Below, one piece after another: positions 40,001 through 52,293 of a stretch of 64,000 bases of DNA. The stretch lies in NCBI RefSeq assembly GCF_000002075.1, contig NW_004797306.1, positions 1,254,652-1,318,651 on the forward strand, in the 5' to 3' direction. The DNA is from Aplysia californica (taxonomy: Eukaryota). Each line of letters starts with the position of its first letter. Within the stretch, counting starts at the first letter, position 1. The notes under the pieces were generated by a model. That model made no database searches. It had not been told where the DNA came from and worked only from the letters and a program-made list of their open reading frames with translations. A program made the position numbers and the translations under genes.

Positions 40001-43000
40001 TACTGTAGTTGTTTTTATGATGGTGATGAAGCATGGGGGGTAGTGGATGGGGTATAAATCTCTCTCAACAGGTCAACATACGGATTCGCACAATACCTAC
40101 CCAGTTCTTTAAATTGAAGGCGAGCTTAATTAGTATGCATTGTTATATACTCACTGGGTTACAATATGATTCCTTTTATTTCATTCAAATTGCTTGTCAG
40201 CTTTGGTCCTTATACAACTGTCAAGCAGTATATTGGCCTCACTTGAAAGTATATCGTGGTCATGTCGGGGAAAATGAGAGTCTTCACCTATTGTAATCCC
40301 TGTAAAGCAGAAAGAGTTTCTAATTTTTTTTGCTGCCGCAACAGTAATCTTCCTTTATTTCCTGAGGCTGTCTGCAAAATTAACTTTGGACTTGGACGTC
40401 TGATCGGCGTAAGACTCCACCATGTGCCACTGTGGAAAGTGATGTGTGATGGAGTCTTACACTGAGCAATCAAAATACTTTTGGCCAATTTTTTGGAAAA
40501 GGGTTCTGAAAAATCATTGCAAGAAAAGCAATTCTCAAATTTTTGAAAGACATTTGATTATAATTTTTAGCTAAGGCATTTCATAACTTAAATGAGCTTA
40601 CTCTTGAAGGCTTTGAAAGCGTGATGTCTCCCACAACTCAAACTGCAAATTAATGTTTTACTATTCTCTCTACCCGTCAGGCCCTTCCCCGCTTACTTCA
40701 CAGCAGCTGCCCCTCCTTCTGTCAGCAAAACTGCAGCTTTGTTGTGGAGCGAGTGAAAGAATCCACGGCACGAGTCGTGGTCTGGCGACACATTGGGGTT
40801 GTCAAGTCCTACACAATGGAATCCAGCTACTGTGGTTGTGACCAGGGGAAGTATAAGGTATTGTGGAATGATGCCTTATTGAAATAAGCACATGGGGGAG
40901 GGATGGGGTTGGATACAAGCCCATTTCTTCAACTGCTTTCAGTTTACAAACTTTTAAATAATTTGTTGCTTTTTTCTGTGCTTTTGATTTTTTTTCATTA
41001 GGTGTCCCTCACAGTGATAATAGCAATTGGGAAGATATGAATTGTGTTTAGATGTAGGCACTCTCCATATTGCTTCCTCATTACCCGTTACATCCATTTG
41101 ATGTTACAGCTGATTGGAGTACAAGTTGATTTTTTAAAACTTTTGAACCTGAGTAAAAGTGTTCTATATCAGGTGAAGGTTTCATACAAAGGTGAAAGAC
41201 TGATTGAATATCACACTAACTAAATTAGCAGGCACTCTTGTTCCAAGTTAACATCTTTGCCAGATGGGGGCCCAGGACATGCATGGCTATCGTTCCTTTT
41301 TTCTCTCTCTTCTAGCTATCAAGTATTTATCTGAAGCTGGGTGAACAGAGGGAAGTAGGAAACTGTATGTTTTGTAAGGATACAGTATCCTCCAAGTCCG
41401 CATGGGGAAACTAAGTCAGAATCAGATCTCTTAATTGTCAGCCTGGCACCTTCACCATTTGAATGAGACTAATAGGGCTGTTATCTACACGTTCAAGCAT
41501 TCTGAAAGTTACTCAATCATGAATGCAAAGTTATGTTCAAGTCATATTTTAAAAGAAACATATACACTGGTATGTGTTTCAGAATTTTAGAAATTAATTA
41601 CCAGTGGTTCATTTGTCCACACTGAAGCATATGTCCTGGAGGAATGGGTTATTTATTATTTTCTTTTTTATCTTCATGTTTAAGTTCCCCTTGTTCAAGC
41701 TCAGGGGTAACTGACTGCAGGTTATTTTTATCTTATGGTTTTAACCAGAAATTTCAATATCTGTCTTGACAAAATCAAACGCGTTCCATCTTTTTTTTTT
41801 TTACCCAGGACATGCACATGAACACCAGCATGCTGGAAGAGATGGGTCACAAGTTCTGTGAGACTCTGGTGAGACTAGCTCGACTGAAGGGTGCCTACGA
41901 CCAACAGATGCCTAACCTTGACCCTGACTCGGGTCTCACTGGAGCTATGGCGGAAGAATATGGGTAAGATCGCCTGATTCTATTGAAAGGGTGTAGCTCT
42001 GATGCTTGTTTCATCACTATGTAGGTTGTTGAGCAGGTAGAACCCGTCACAATTAATGCCTCTTCTTTGATTGCTCGGTATGGAGAACATTGAAGCCGGG
42101 AAGAAAAAAAACCCCTGGTTTTTAAAAACTGTTGTTCTGTTGTTTGAGTGGAGAGATTTGAAAACTTCTCAAGTGTCAAGAATGCTTCGCTAGGGATTCA
42201 GACAGGTTCATGCGCACTGTAGACAGCATTCCTACTGTAAGCACTGATTTTCAGCTAAGCTGGTTAGCTAGAACACGGCAGTCTCATGTCTCAGTGTTAC
42301 TGGATTTGCAGGCTAGATCTAGCCTACTTTTGACGTATTTTAGATCCTGGATCTTCTAATGTGTCTCTTTTTTCACTTTACTCATCGCCCATCTTACTCA
42401 TAATCTCGTAAACTTGCACATCTAAGTCAGAAAATGAACATTTTCAGCCTTTTTAAAGTGATATTGGTATTTATGTTCTGCGAGAGCAGGTGGTTGTCCG
42501 CAAGACTAGACCTGTGTTTATCATTAACAAGCCTGGCAAATGTGGTACAGATATGGGCATTTTTAATTCCCAAATACATATCTACGCAGGCATTTTCCTT
42601 AACCTCCGTACAGAAGAAGTAGAGCCAGGTGATCCGTGTGACATACAAGTATTGTCATACAGGCACCCAGGAGAGGTAATTTTGGCAACTTCCGTGACGT
42701 CCATGGTACGGCACAAAGCTAAAAATTACGCTTTTTAAAATGTACCTGGTATGCCATATAAGGCAGCAAAGGGGTTAAGGTTTATTTTCCTGTCAAGTTT
42801 TTATTGAGTTTTTGATAACTTATCTAATTAATTTTTTTTGTCTGTTGACAGTGATGACCTGGCAGCTGGAACCAGCAGGGTGTTCCAGGGCAAAGATGAT
42901 CCGCTCAACATGGAATCTCTTCTGAATGCTTCTGAATCTGATGATGATGACGATGATGAGGATGAGGAAGAGGAATTTGATGATGACCTATTAGATCAAT

Positions 43001-43002
43001 AA
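17617..43002 (+). CDS. AGTPBP1: Cytosolic carboxypeptidase 1 (CCP1/Nna1, tubulin deglutamylase, M14D); 26 coding exons, about 1246 aa
   Basis: All introns are GT-AG with matching phases. Exons: 17617-17660, 18562-18692, 19533-19600, 20452-20518, 20973-21122, 21954-22085, 23135-23266, 24379-24525, 27692-27928, 29602-29717, 30467-30568, 31155-31398, 32138-32406, 33385-33581, 34249-34395, 35025-35106, 35395-35551, 35867-36099, 37079-37232, 37650-37721, 38114-38222, 38909-39038, 39799-39936, 40681-40857, 41809-41963, 42852-43002 (sum 3741 nt). The N-terminal ARM-like region is typical of CCP1/CCP4 ([36 protein letters not shown]). Pro-domain motifs FECGNL, QWFYF and YPYTY are present, as are catalytic motifs RVHPGE, PMLNPDG, DLNR, DYHGHS and SYTMES. 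Confidence 0.95.
22317..22865 (+). mobile_element. SINE family 1 relative, diverged, with a different 3' tail
   Basis: Degenerate head ggggctctc and shared core ggcgaaaaatctcggagg...taaagatcccttgg...taagagtaggct. The 3' part differs from the other two copies. Confidence 0.75.
25279..26223. mobile_element. Complete MITE with TA TSD
   Basis: TIRs cagtaatctctgcctaagatc and gatcttaggcggagactactg, TA on both sides, subterminal taagatcccg repeats. A related end starts at about 44442. Confidence 0.88.
26224..26570 (-). mobile_element. tRNA-derived SINE family 2 (CORE plus Nin/Deu-like domain, L2-like tail)
   Basis: Head ggcgttggtggcctagtggttagg. CORE-like gtgcccttgagaaaggcacttaacac...cacccatgtgggaatgggta. 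Segment ctgtatgcttcccaggaagttgag. Tail gcgctatacaaatgctat(TAT)n. Other copies or fragments at 38458-38650, 57420-57490 plus 59918-60221, and 61543-61653. Confidence 0.85.
28477..28557 (+). CDS. AGTPBP1: Candidate 81-nt cassette exon of CCP1 ([27 protein letters not shown])
   Basis: Acceptor tttgacaattacccacag and donor ctg|gtatag. Phase 1 in and phase 1 out, matching the flanking exons 27692-27928 and 29602-29717. Open in frame. Confidence 0.4.
35025..41963 (+). CDS. AGTPBP1: CCP1 pro-domain and zinc carboxypeptidase catalytic exons (coding exons 16-25)
   Basis: HPGE zinc ligands in exon 37650-37721. DLNR in 38909-39038. DYHGHS in 39799-39936. Catalytic Glu of SYTMES in 40681-40857. No frameshift or internal stop. 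Confidence 0.95.
38285..38457. mobile_element. Short MITE with TA TSD inside a SINE family 2 tail
   Basis: ta|cagtataacac ... gtgttgtactg|ta. Confidence 0.7.
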
Positions 43003-46000
43003 CATTTCAATTTCAACATGTTGTTTCGAATGATGAGGGTGAAGATGAAGGAAAGGAATTTTGTTTTGACCTCTAGACTAGTCACTTTCAAGCTAAAACT
43101 AAAGTGTTTGCTTAGGAATAATGGAAATCCTGTCAGTGTTTAGTGGTTTGCACTATAGTGGTGTCTGCCTAGCACTACTAACAGCGACCCCATTGGGAAG
43201 CAGCTCTTGTTTGTTGTTAGGCGGAGATTGTGGCTAAATGAATTTTCAAAAGGGGAGGCATCCACTTATTTCAGACATGTACCGGTACTTACAATGTGCG
43301 CTCACACGTGCATGAGTCCTAATCACTTGTTGTGGTGATGTTGCTGCATCAGAAAGTGACAAAATAGGCAGCATCAGCTTTCAAGTGAGCCAATGTTCAT
43401 TACAGGGCAGTTATGTTACATACAGTAATTAAGACCCCCAACTAGTAGACTTCAAGAAAGACGGCTCATGACGAGAGGGTGTGAACTGATCTCCTGTCCC
43501 CTGTGTAGTGTATTTTTCGCCAGAGTATGTGTTGTGAGGAGATAGACGAAAGGAGGAGGGATGCATTCACTATGAAATTATAGGTAATTCTTGTTGTTAA
43601 CACTGTTCTGAAATTGTCTAAAAAAATTTTGTCAGATAGATATTAGCAGCGAAGGTTACTGTTGGAGGAAAATGCTGTCAAGGGAATATTTATATGTGGG
43701 AAAATTCCATTTTGCATGACATGTTTAGGTTGCTGTTGTACAGAGGTTGCTCTTATGTTGGTTGTTGTTTAGTGGACACCACTGCAATTCATTTTCCTCA
43801 TCTGAAATATCTCAATCTGTTTCCTAATTTTGTCCTTCGGTTGTTCAGTATCTGTGCCATTTCCATGCTATTAAGTTGATAGTATACTTGTATGTTAGTC
43901 CATTACTTCAGACATACTGAAGGATGATAGTTCAAGTCAGGGTCAGTACAGTACTGTGGAGATATTTTGTTTGTTACGTGTTTTAGGGATGATAAGTCAA
44001 TTACAACCAGCCGGCTTGTTAGTCAAATGCGACTAAGAGTAAATTCTACTGATTTTTATGTGCCTTTAGATCATCTTAAAACAAACATGCATTTAGACCT
44101 GTGTTCATAGTAGCTGTAGTACAAGCTCATCATAGCGTGCTTGCAAAAATCTAAAACTTAGTTTTTAGACTGTGATAGATATATGTCATGTTTTGCATCA
44201 ACTTTTGAAAGTCAAATCATTTGTAAGAATTTTTTTCATGACTAGGCAAGTGTCAGTTTCTTTGTTCTTAGTCTTGGAGGCAGTGATCTTTTTTTTTTTA
44301 CTCTGAAGTGTTGAGAGTGCAAAATACAGTAATGGATATTATCTGTGGAAACAAGGTGTATGTAAATGCTGACTGAGGGGGTCATATGGTTTCCTTTGTT
44401 TCAGTACAAAATATACCTATAGTATTGATTTAGTTATACGTTAGTCTCCGCCTAAACGCAAGGTGCTCGGGAGGGCTCCTTAGAGTGTATTTATACAGAG
44501 CATGCATTTACATGAACCTGTGCATAGGGAGGAAAGGACGCAATCATCTCAATTCCTCGATATTCTAGTGACCGCCCTTGGGGGTGAGGGTCACTTACGC
44601 CGATTATGTGACGACACGTGACTTTTATTAAGGATTCCCCGACTGCGGTTAAGAATAATGGGTGGGGGGGGGGGGGGGGGGGGCAGCAGAAAACAGACTC
44701 AACGTAATGAATGCACCGTAAAATGTCGGGAACAGATAGCCTAAGAGGAAACTGTTGGTGATAGTCTTACAGATGACGGCCCAGCCACATGGCTTTCCAA
44801 GCGACCACCCCCGACTTTAAATTCATGAACAACATCAGAGTCGTAGATCTCTACATTCAGAGAAACATTTCTTTTGTTATTCATTGAACGAGTATGTTAT
44901 AAGTTCTTCAAGCGCAGCTGACTAGGCTTACTTGACTATAGACTTATAGAGGCCAAGCTCGTGTTTTACAACATTCACGCTTGTTGCACATCACAGGCCT
45001 AAGTCTAACTAAACATTACATACTGTCACCCACACCCCAGTCAGAAACCTTCTCTCAAAGATGCCTTTCCAGTTACCAACCAAAAGACATTTTAGTCCCC
45101 CAACCCCCAGGCATTTCACCGACTAGTCGTAGACCTGTGTGTCTGTGGAAAGTTGAGTGTGAAAATGCTGTCCATCACTCTCTTTGTTCAGCATGAGGGG
45201 TAGTCTCACCAAATATCCGGTTTTCTAGGTTTGTCTTATGCAAGCTGTGTAGGGTGCAGCGAAAATTTCCCCATGTCAAGCTTTACCTGTCGGTGTGTTT
45301 CGCGAATTGAAGCTTGCGTTTAAAGAAGTGACCGTGCGTTTGTACGTCTAGATTATAAAGTAAAAAAACTGTCATATGACGAAAGTGCGTTTGAGCAGAG
45401 CATGCTTTTACTTTTATGTGGGGTGCGTTTAGGCAGAGACTACTGCAATTCATATGACACTCTGAAGTTGAAACGTATTTTTGGAAAATTAATTTTGAGC
45501 TGATAACAGAATATCGTGAAAATAATTTGATAGTAATCAATAATGCCTACTTCTGACTTATACAAATTATGTCCTTATAATGGATGTATAAAAGAACGGA
45601 AGTGATTGCGGCCACAGAAATTGGAGTGGTATGTGTAGTGTGAGCCTTTGATCTGGACGGCATGGAAACGAGGCAATGTTGTTTTCGCCTTTGTCGCAAG
45701 ATGTTGAGTTGTTCATCCTCCCTAGCCTTTGCTAATCCCAGGACGGGGGTCTGTTGTGTAATGGTTAGGCTCTTTGTAGCTTTGCATGCATCTATCGGAT
45801 TCCTGCGTGGGGGAGTTATTTTATTGAATGTCTCGTCTGTCTGTTGGGATGCCGCATCCCTCTCAGCCAGGTTTGGCCAATTAGTCTGGATTGAAGCAGC
45901 ACTTTTCCTCTACTCTATGGTCAAAATAGTGTTGATGGGGGTGTAAAACAATTCTCATAAAGGCTTCCGTTTGCCTTAAGTCTAGGGACCTGTAGAGGTC

Positions 46001-46480
46001 ATTGTGAGTTCCTTGTGTTTTATAACATTGTGTTTATTAGACGTGTTTGAGAATTTGCTCCACTGTGTTCATACAGCATGAAGTATAAAGACAGTTATCT
46101 GTTGAATTAGCTTTAATTGAGGCTCACTCAACTTTTTGAGTGGTATTTTGAAACGAACCTTTTTTCTCAGAGTAACCTTAAACAAGAAAGGTAACATCCG
46201 TAAAAAACTTGTATATTCTTTATTTTATTATTTGGGGTTTTCTTTTGGTTTAAAAATAAAACCAGTTTGATGACCCAGCTGTAATTTCTATGAAACTTTT
46301 GGCTGTGGGCCATACTGGCTAAAGAAATGGAAAACCTATTGGCATTATCATGTCGTAAGATAGGTTATCACATGTAAGTAAATCAAATTCTTTATATCCC
46401 CCCCCACCTCAATGACCTCGAAAGGTTAATATTGTGCTCAAAATATAAAATGGCGTGGAAAATGTCAAAATAATGCATTA

Positions 46481-47281
46481 CAGTGGAACTCGGATTCAAC
46501 GAGAGGAGATAGATTCCCCGTTTTTTTCCTTCTTTAAAATCAATAAAAATAACCCGGATTCAACGAGCACTTAAATCAGCGAGCTCGGATTCAACGAGGT
46601 CGCTTCCAGGGTGAACAGCCCTTGCAGACGTGGCTTCGCTCATTTTTCTCCCAGAACGAACTTTATCTATTCCCGGAAACCATCTGTTGCACCATCTTCG
46701 TGAACTATTATTCACTTAGCAGATTGCATGTGACTAATCAGCAGACTTCTTTCATACCAACACATGCATTATTGGCACATCCAGGTGTCTACTCCGGCAT
46801 GCGTCAGGGTCGGATGGGCGGCCTGCACACGTGTGACTGTGTGTGCGTGTCAGGGAGGGAGCACCAGCGATCCGGGCGTTGAACGTCGCAGATGCTAATG
46901 CGTCAGTCTTTTTTTTCTCCCTCGGCAACTGATCATTATTTCAATGATAAGCTAGTCTTGACGTAGAACTACGTAATGAATTGTGCGCTGGTCTATGGAA
47001 TCAAAAGTTGCCGTTTGCTAGGCTCTACACAGCAACACAACTTTTTGGCAAACAATCCAGATGACACAGGCGTTCATTTGAACGAATCCGCCTTTTTTTT
47101 ACACAGCTCATAATATGCAGGCATTTCAGGCGCTAGAGTCTACTTTTTACTTTTATTTACACATTATTTGCTCAGTGGCTGCAATTATCTACACAAAACC
47201 TCATGTTTACTATAACGAGCACTCGGATTCAACAAGATTTTAGGTCAGGCCCGGCGACCTCGTTGAATCAGAGTTCCACTG
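46481..47281. mobile_element. Complete 801-bp MITE with TA TSD
   Basis: TIR cagtggaactcggattcaacgag matches the other end at 22 of 23 positions. Subterminal cggattcaacgag repeats. Confidence 0.9.
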
Positions 47282-50200
47282 TATCAGTATCATTTGTAGT
47301 TGAGGAAAATCCTTAGTAAAAATGAAGAAGGCTGAAGACTGAAGAAAAAATAAATCAGAAGTGGGCTTTTGAATTAAAACATTTTTCAAGAAGAAAAAAA
47401 ATCTATAAAATATAAAAACAAAGATCTATTGTTTATGATGTCATTTTTCAGTTCTTTCTGCGAAAAGAGTACAGATTAAAGAAACGAAAAATGTTTGCCG
47501 TTTAGGGTACAATACATAAAAATGGGGCATTGATATTTTGACTTGAGATAGCCGTAACTTGTTGCCAATTCTCAAATATTTTGTTAGACATTTGATAAAA
47601 AATTAATTATTACCTTGACTTGACTTCTAAAATGTTGTCCTTTGGTGTTGTAATTTTTGTGATGATGAAAGAGAATCTACCTCCCCGTGCCTGTGATGCA
47701 ACTGCTATGGCAATTCTTGTTGTATAGGTAGATGTCATGTTTCATCCATTTCTTCTTAGTTTTGATATATGTGTTTTTTTCCCTTCAAATCTGGCTCCCT
47801 ACCCCCCCCCCCCAAAAAAAAAAAAAAAAAATTGATTTAAGATCCTAAATTTAAACAGAATTGCTGCTTTGCTTGTCATGTGCCTTCTTCAATTTTGGCT
47901 GCTTTGTAGTTTGTAAAGCCTGCAAAATTTTTTTACAACAAAATTCCAAATGAAAGAAGCAGGGAAAACACTGTGTTATAGCTGTGGGGACCAGTTCAGT
48001 TTCCCTTCTGCCTGATACCTTTTGGAAAAAGTATTTTCTTATTGCCTCATATTGATCTTTCTGTTTAAGATTTTGCTATGAAATGTATCTTATCATGTGG
48101 TGACATTCTATTAATATTTTACAAAATTGTTTATAAATGTGTGGGCATTTTTTTTTTTTCTTTTTAAATCTCCTTTACTTGTTCAAAGCAAACTGCTCAT
48201 GTATCTTTGTACCGATACTGATACAGTGATTGCGCTAGTTCTATTATAAATGCTTTTGCATTCTACCTTTGTTTTGGTTGTTGTTTCCCCACTAGGAGGA
48301 GACTGATGACAGACAGTATGAAAGTGTGGAGTGAAATCATTCATTTGAACCTTAAAACGGGCTCCAATATTTCCTCAGCTACTATTGGCCTTAGACAATC
48401 AGATACTGTTTTTGATATAAATATTTTCATTTTTTTGCATTTGCCTTACATCTTAACAATAACAGTCTTGCTAATTTATATATCTACAATACTGTGATCT
48501 TCTGTGTGGAATATAAAATCATAATAACAATAACACTGCTGTTACAAAAAAAAAGAATGAGTGACTCTTAATTGTTCTTCTCATCCTGGGAACCAGGTTC
48601 CAACTCAGGAGCTGGACATTAATTGTCTTGTGACAAACTAATTTTCCTAATTGTGTTTTTGGAAGCAGACAACAGTCTTTTAAAAAAAGGCAGCATGGCC
48701 TAAGAGTTACTTGACTAAAACTATTACTTGATGTCCTCAGTAAATATTTTTCATATATCATTATTTCCTCAGTATTATTAGGGAGAAATGTATTTATTTT
48801 TATGATCTTGATATTACTTGAATTTATTGTTATCTCTTCTTAATTTGAAGAATGGGCTAACGTAGTGATTGGTGAATATTTACTGGACATTAGTTAAATT
48901 TGAGTATTTAATGTAGAAATGTAGAATCGATTAACAATGACATGAATCCCAGAACTAGAGCACTTCAAGACAGTCTTCCATAGGAAATCCTCCGGTGTTG
49001 GAAAGTTATTTTGAAAAGATGGAATCTCGTTTTGTCATTTTCATCTCGCAATGTGTCGAAAACCATTGACTGTCTTCATTATTACTTCCTCTTCATATGT
49101 CTGAGGAAGCTATTTAGATTCATTTGTTCATTTTGTTGAAATGGTAACCGAAACAGTACTTATTTTCAGTTCCATAGCATAAGTAAATTTCGAGTTAAGT
49201 CTTAGTGCATATTTGTATATTTTTCCTTTGAAAACCAGAATTTACATTATCCTGTTGTTACATTATATCCATGCATTGATTAAACATTTAGAAAATAACT
49301 TGAGTGTTTTGTACAGTGTCTTAATAGTAACACTTGTAAAGGAATTACAAGGCCTATTAAGTTGAGCAGCCCAAAAATTACGGGCTTGACTCGGAATGAC
49401 AGATTGCTGAAATAAAATTTTGGGTCTTAATTTTTAAAAAATAAGGTGCGTATTCTTTTTAAACTTAATTTTCCTGAGACTGAACCGACTCATTGGAAGA
49501 CTGGAACAAGTTTTTATTTTTTGAGGGACTTAAAGTGGGGTATTTTTCAACTTCAGTGGTCCCAGAAGTTTTCGTGGCCCTCGGATTGCTTTGTTTAGTC
49601 CCTGTAGGTAATGAATGTTAAATTAGATTTCCAACTTCTTAACCTCTTCGCTGCCGCGCCTGTAGAATTTACGGGCCTGAACCGTATACCGCTGAGCTTA
49701 TGGCCCGTAGAATTTACGGGACTGTGACAGTGGTTGTTTTGATACCAGTTATAAGAGAAGTTACTGCTAAAATCTTGTATATATTATCGGGGTACCTTCC
49801 CTTTATGTTTACCTCCATTCCCCCCCCCCCCCCCCCCCCCATTTGAAAGCGTTAGATTCAGATTTTAGCTCGAAGAGAAGATTAAATCTAGATCAAACAC
49901 ATCTACCTCACAAAAATGATTTACTGGCAGCAAACACAGATGGGCTTACATGTATATATATATTATATTGATTTTGCGAACGTTGTATAAGGTAGGAAAA
50001 GCCTCTTGTCACTTCTTCTTTACCTGCAAGCACTCACACAACGTGCATTCCCCTTTTTTTGGTCTCAGTTTATCATTACTCGAATGTGTGTTGTTCATGT
50101 TGTTTGGTGTTGTTGTTTTTGGCATCATGTCATTAACTCCAACTTTTCTTCATCTATCTCTCAATGAAATTCTCCCAAAATTATATAAATAGAAATGTGG

Positions 50201-50360
50201 TTCAGTATTGAATGTACGTGCAGAAATTGGAGAGGAAATATTCATAAATAAACAAGTTATGGGATGTAGAGTGGGGTCACCCCTGAGCAGCCTTGGTTCA
50301 TGAGATTTCCCCCGCCACAGGGGCCTATTTACCTGTGGCATTGAAGGGGTTTTATACTAA

Positions 50361-50541
50361 CCCTATCCGTACATCGTGTTTTACTATTGTATCCGACCTT
50401 GGGAACTCTGTGCCACCACTTTCCAAAGAGAAAATTTAGTCGTTAATCCGATCTGTATGCTTTGCATAGCAGTCTGTCAAACTAAAATGTGAAGAATGCA
50501 ACCTGGGGGGTACAAAATGACCCCAGGGCGTATGGATAGGG
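50361..50541. mobile_element. Short piggyBac-like MITE
   Basis: ctaa|ccctatccgtac ... gtatggataggg|ttaa. It is adjacent to another TTAA-starting element at about 49643-50349. Confidence 0.5.
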
Positions 50542-51044
50542 TTAAAGAACAATTGTATGTTGAAAGGGGTGCAAAACTGAAACCATTCCAGAAACTCAAA
50601 CCGGTCACTACTGGGCAAAGAGCTTCAAACTCTTAACTTTCAGAGTCATGACGTAAAAGCAAAGCAGGATCATAAATGAAAATACAGTTTCGTCACAGGG
50701 TGTGAAACAAAGCTTGATTTTGTATACACCACTTTATGCAGAGAAGGCTGATGACAAGGATTTTTTGACTTCCTCAGGTAAACAGTCATTTAGCCTCTCA
50801 GGGATGAGTGTTGCCATGAAAACAACAAAATGGCACAATCCTATCTATTAAAAAACCCAGCACAGCACTTCATCTTCCTTACCATGTAGAACGTCATTAA
50901 AAACGAGAAGTATTGTCACAATACTTTGTTTCAAAGATGCAAAACTGTTGGACTATAGGCGTAAGAAGGAACTTAACAAGAAAAGAAATTCTACATTCAA
51001 GCAATAAAATTCAAACACAAAAATAAAAACATACAGACTCACGT

Positions 51045-51050
51045 TTTATT
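51045..51050 (-). terminator. Likely MRPS30 polyadenylation signal
   Basis: AATAAA on the minus strand, followed by the U/GU-rich tract gtctgtatgtttttatttttgtgttt. It is the first canonical signal I saw after the stop at 52294. Confidence 0.5.
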
Positions 51051-51309
51051 TCAGGAACAAAATGAATTTTGCCTTCAATATTGATTAGAGCATTGCAACA
51101 CGACAAAAATAATACACACCATTCATTCATGACCAACATGATTAGTTGAGTTAGAAATCCAACATACAAACACTTTCTCTTCAGTTCAGGAAGAAAGCTT
51201 AGCATAATTCCTGTAAGCCAACTCTCATTATATATGAAATGTTCCAGCTCGGTCAGTCATTTATGACAATTCACAGCTTCAAAGTAAATGTAACTGTATG
51301 TCCTATTAA

Positions 51310-51997
51310 CACATTACACCCTAAGGTTCTGGACCGGAAGTCCATTGTTAGATCCTAAGCAAGGGGAAGGAATCCACCTCCCGTGAATACAAGCCTTTAA
51401 AAAATACTAAACAAATTCCAAATATCCTGAAAAAATAAAAGTTAAAATGAAACATGAATGTAGTTTCAGAAAAATATAACTTTATGTATGCGCAAACTGT
51501 TGGAAATGTTCTTACTTTAGTTCAATCGGGGTGTCCGACCCGTCACTCTCACTCTCTGGGCCATATATATCTAAATTCTAGATTTTCTACGTCTGATCAA
51601 TCCGAATCGCCCCAAACTCTTGCTAAAACGTTTTCATCAAAATCTGAGTCATCTGATTTGTCATCTTGTTTTTGCTCAAATCCATCATTATTTCCTTTTT
51701 CAAACTCAATTGTGTCGCTTTTCAACAAGTCGAGACACCTTCGAAGTGTCGGTAACGTGATCGCACTTCATTCGGCTCTAATACTGAAACTACTGGCCCA
51801 AAAAATTTCGTTTCGGTATCAAACGAAAGAAGAAACTTTTTGCAATACTATGCAAATCAAAATCTCGGCCCCAGAGTCTTGTCAAGGCGAGACTTCATTT
51901 TTAAAGACGCTAGGTCGGCACGGGCGGTTCCGGGCGAGTCAGGGTGGAGCGCGTAAGGGATTCCCTGGCGATCACGGACGAGTTAGGGTGTAATGTG
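51310..51997 (-). mobile_element. piggyBac-type non-autonomous element (688 bp)
   Basis: TTAA on both sides and a perfect 15-bp TIR cacattacaccctaa. The minus strand carries an acidic remnant (DDKSDDSDFDE) like piggyBac transposase N-termini. Confidence 0.85.
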
Positions 51998-52293
51998 TTA
52001 AAATAAACCTGGGGGGTGAACAGTCGGCAGTAAACTACATAAAGTCTAAGATCAACCAAACCCACAGGTGTGTTTAAGACTTTAAATCATTTTCTCTAAC
52101 AATATCAGCTGTCACATTCTAGGACTATTTTTTATATACAGTGGATACCTACACCCAAAGCGTTGCTGAGAAGTTCAACTCAGCAACATAAAATTTCTTT
52201 TGAACAATCAATAAGTTCAAAAAGATGTGGCAGTAGTATGCAACATTGTGCTAGATGTAACTTAATATATAACTACAATTTTGTGATAACATT

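Noticed and set aside
51454-51993. 179-aa + strand ORF
   Set aside because: It lies wholly within the piggyBac-type element, antisense to its acidic remnant.
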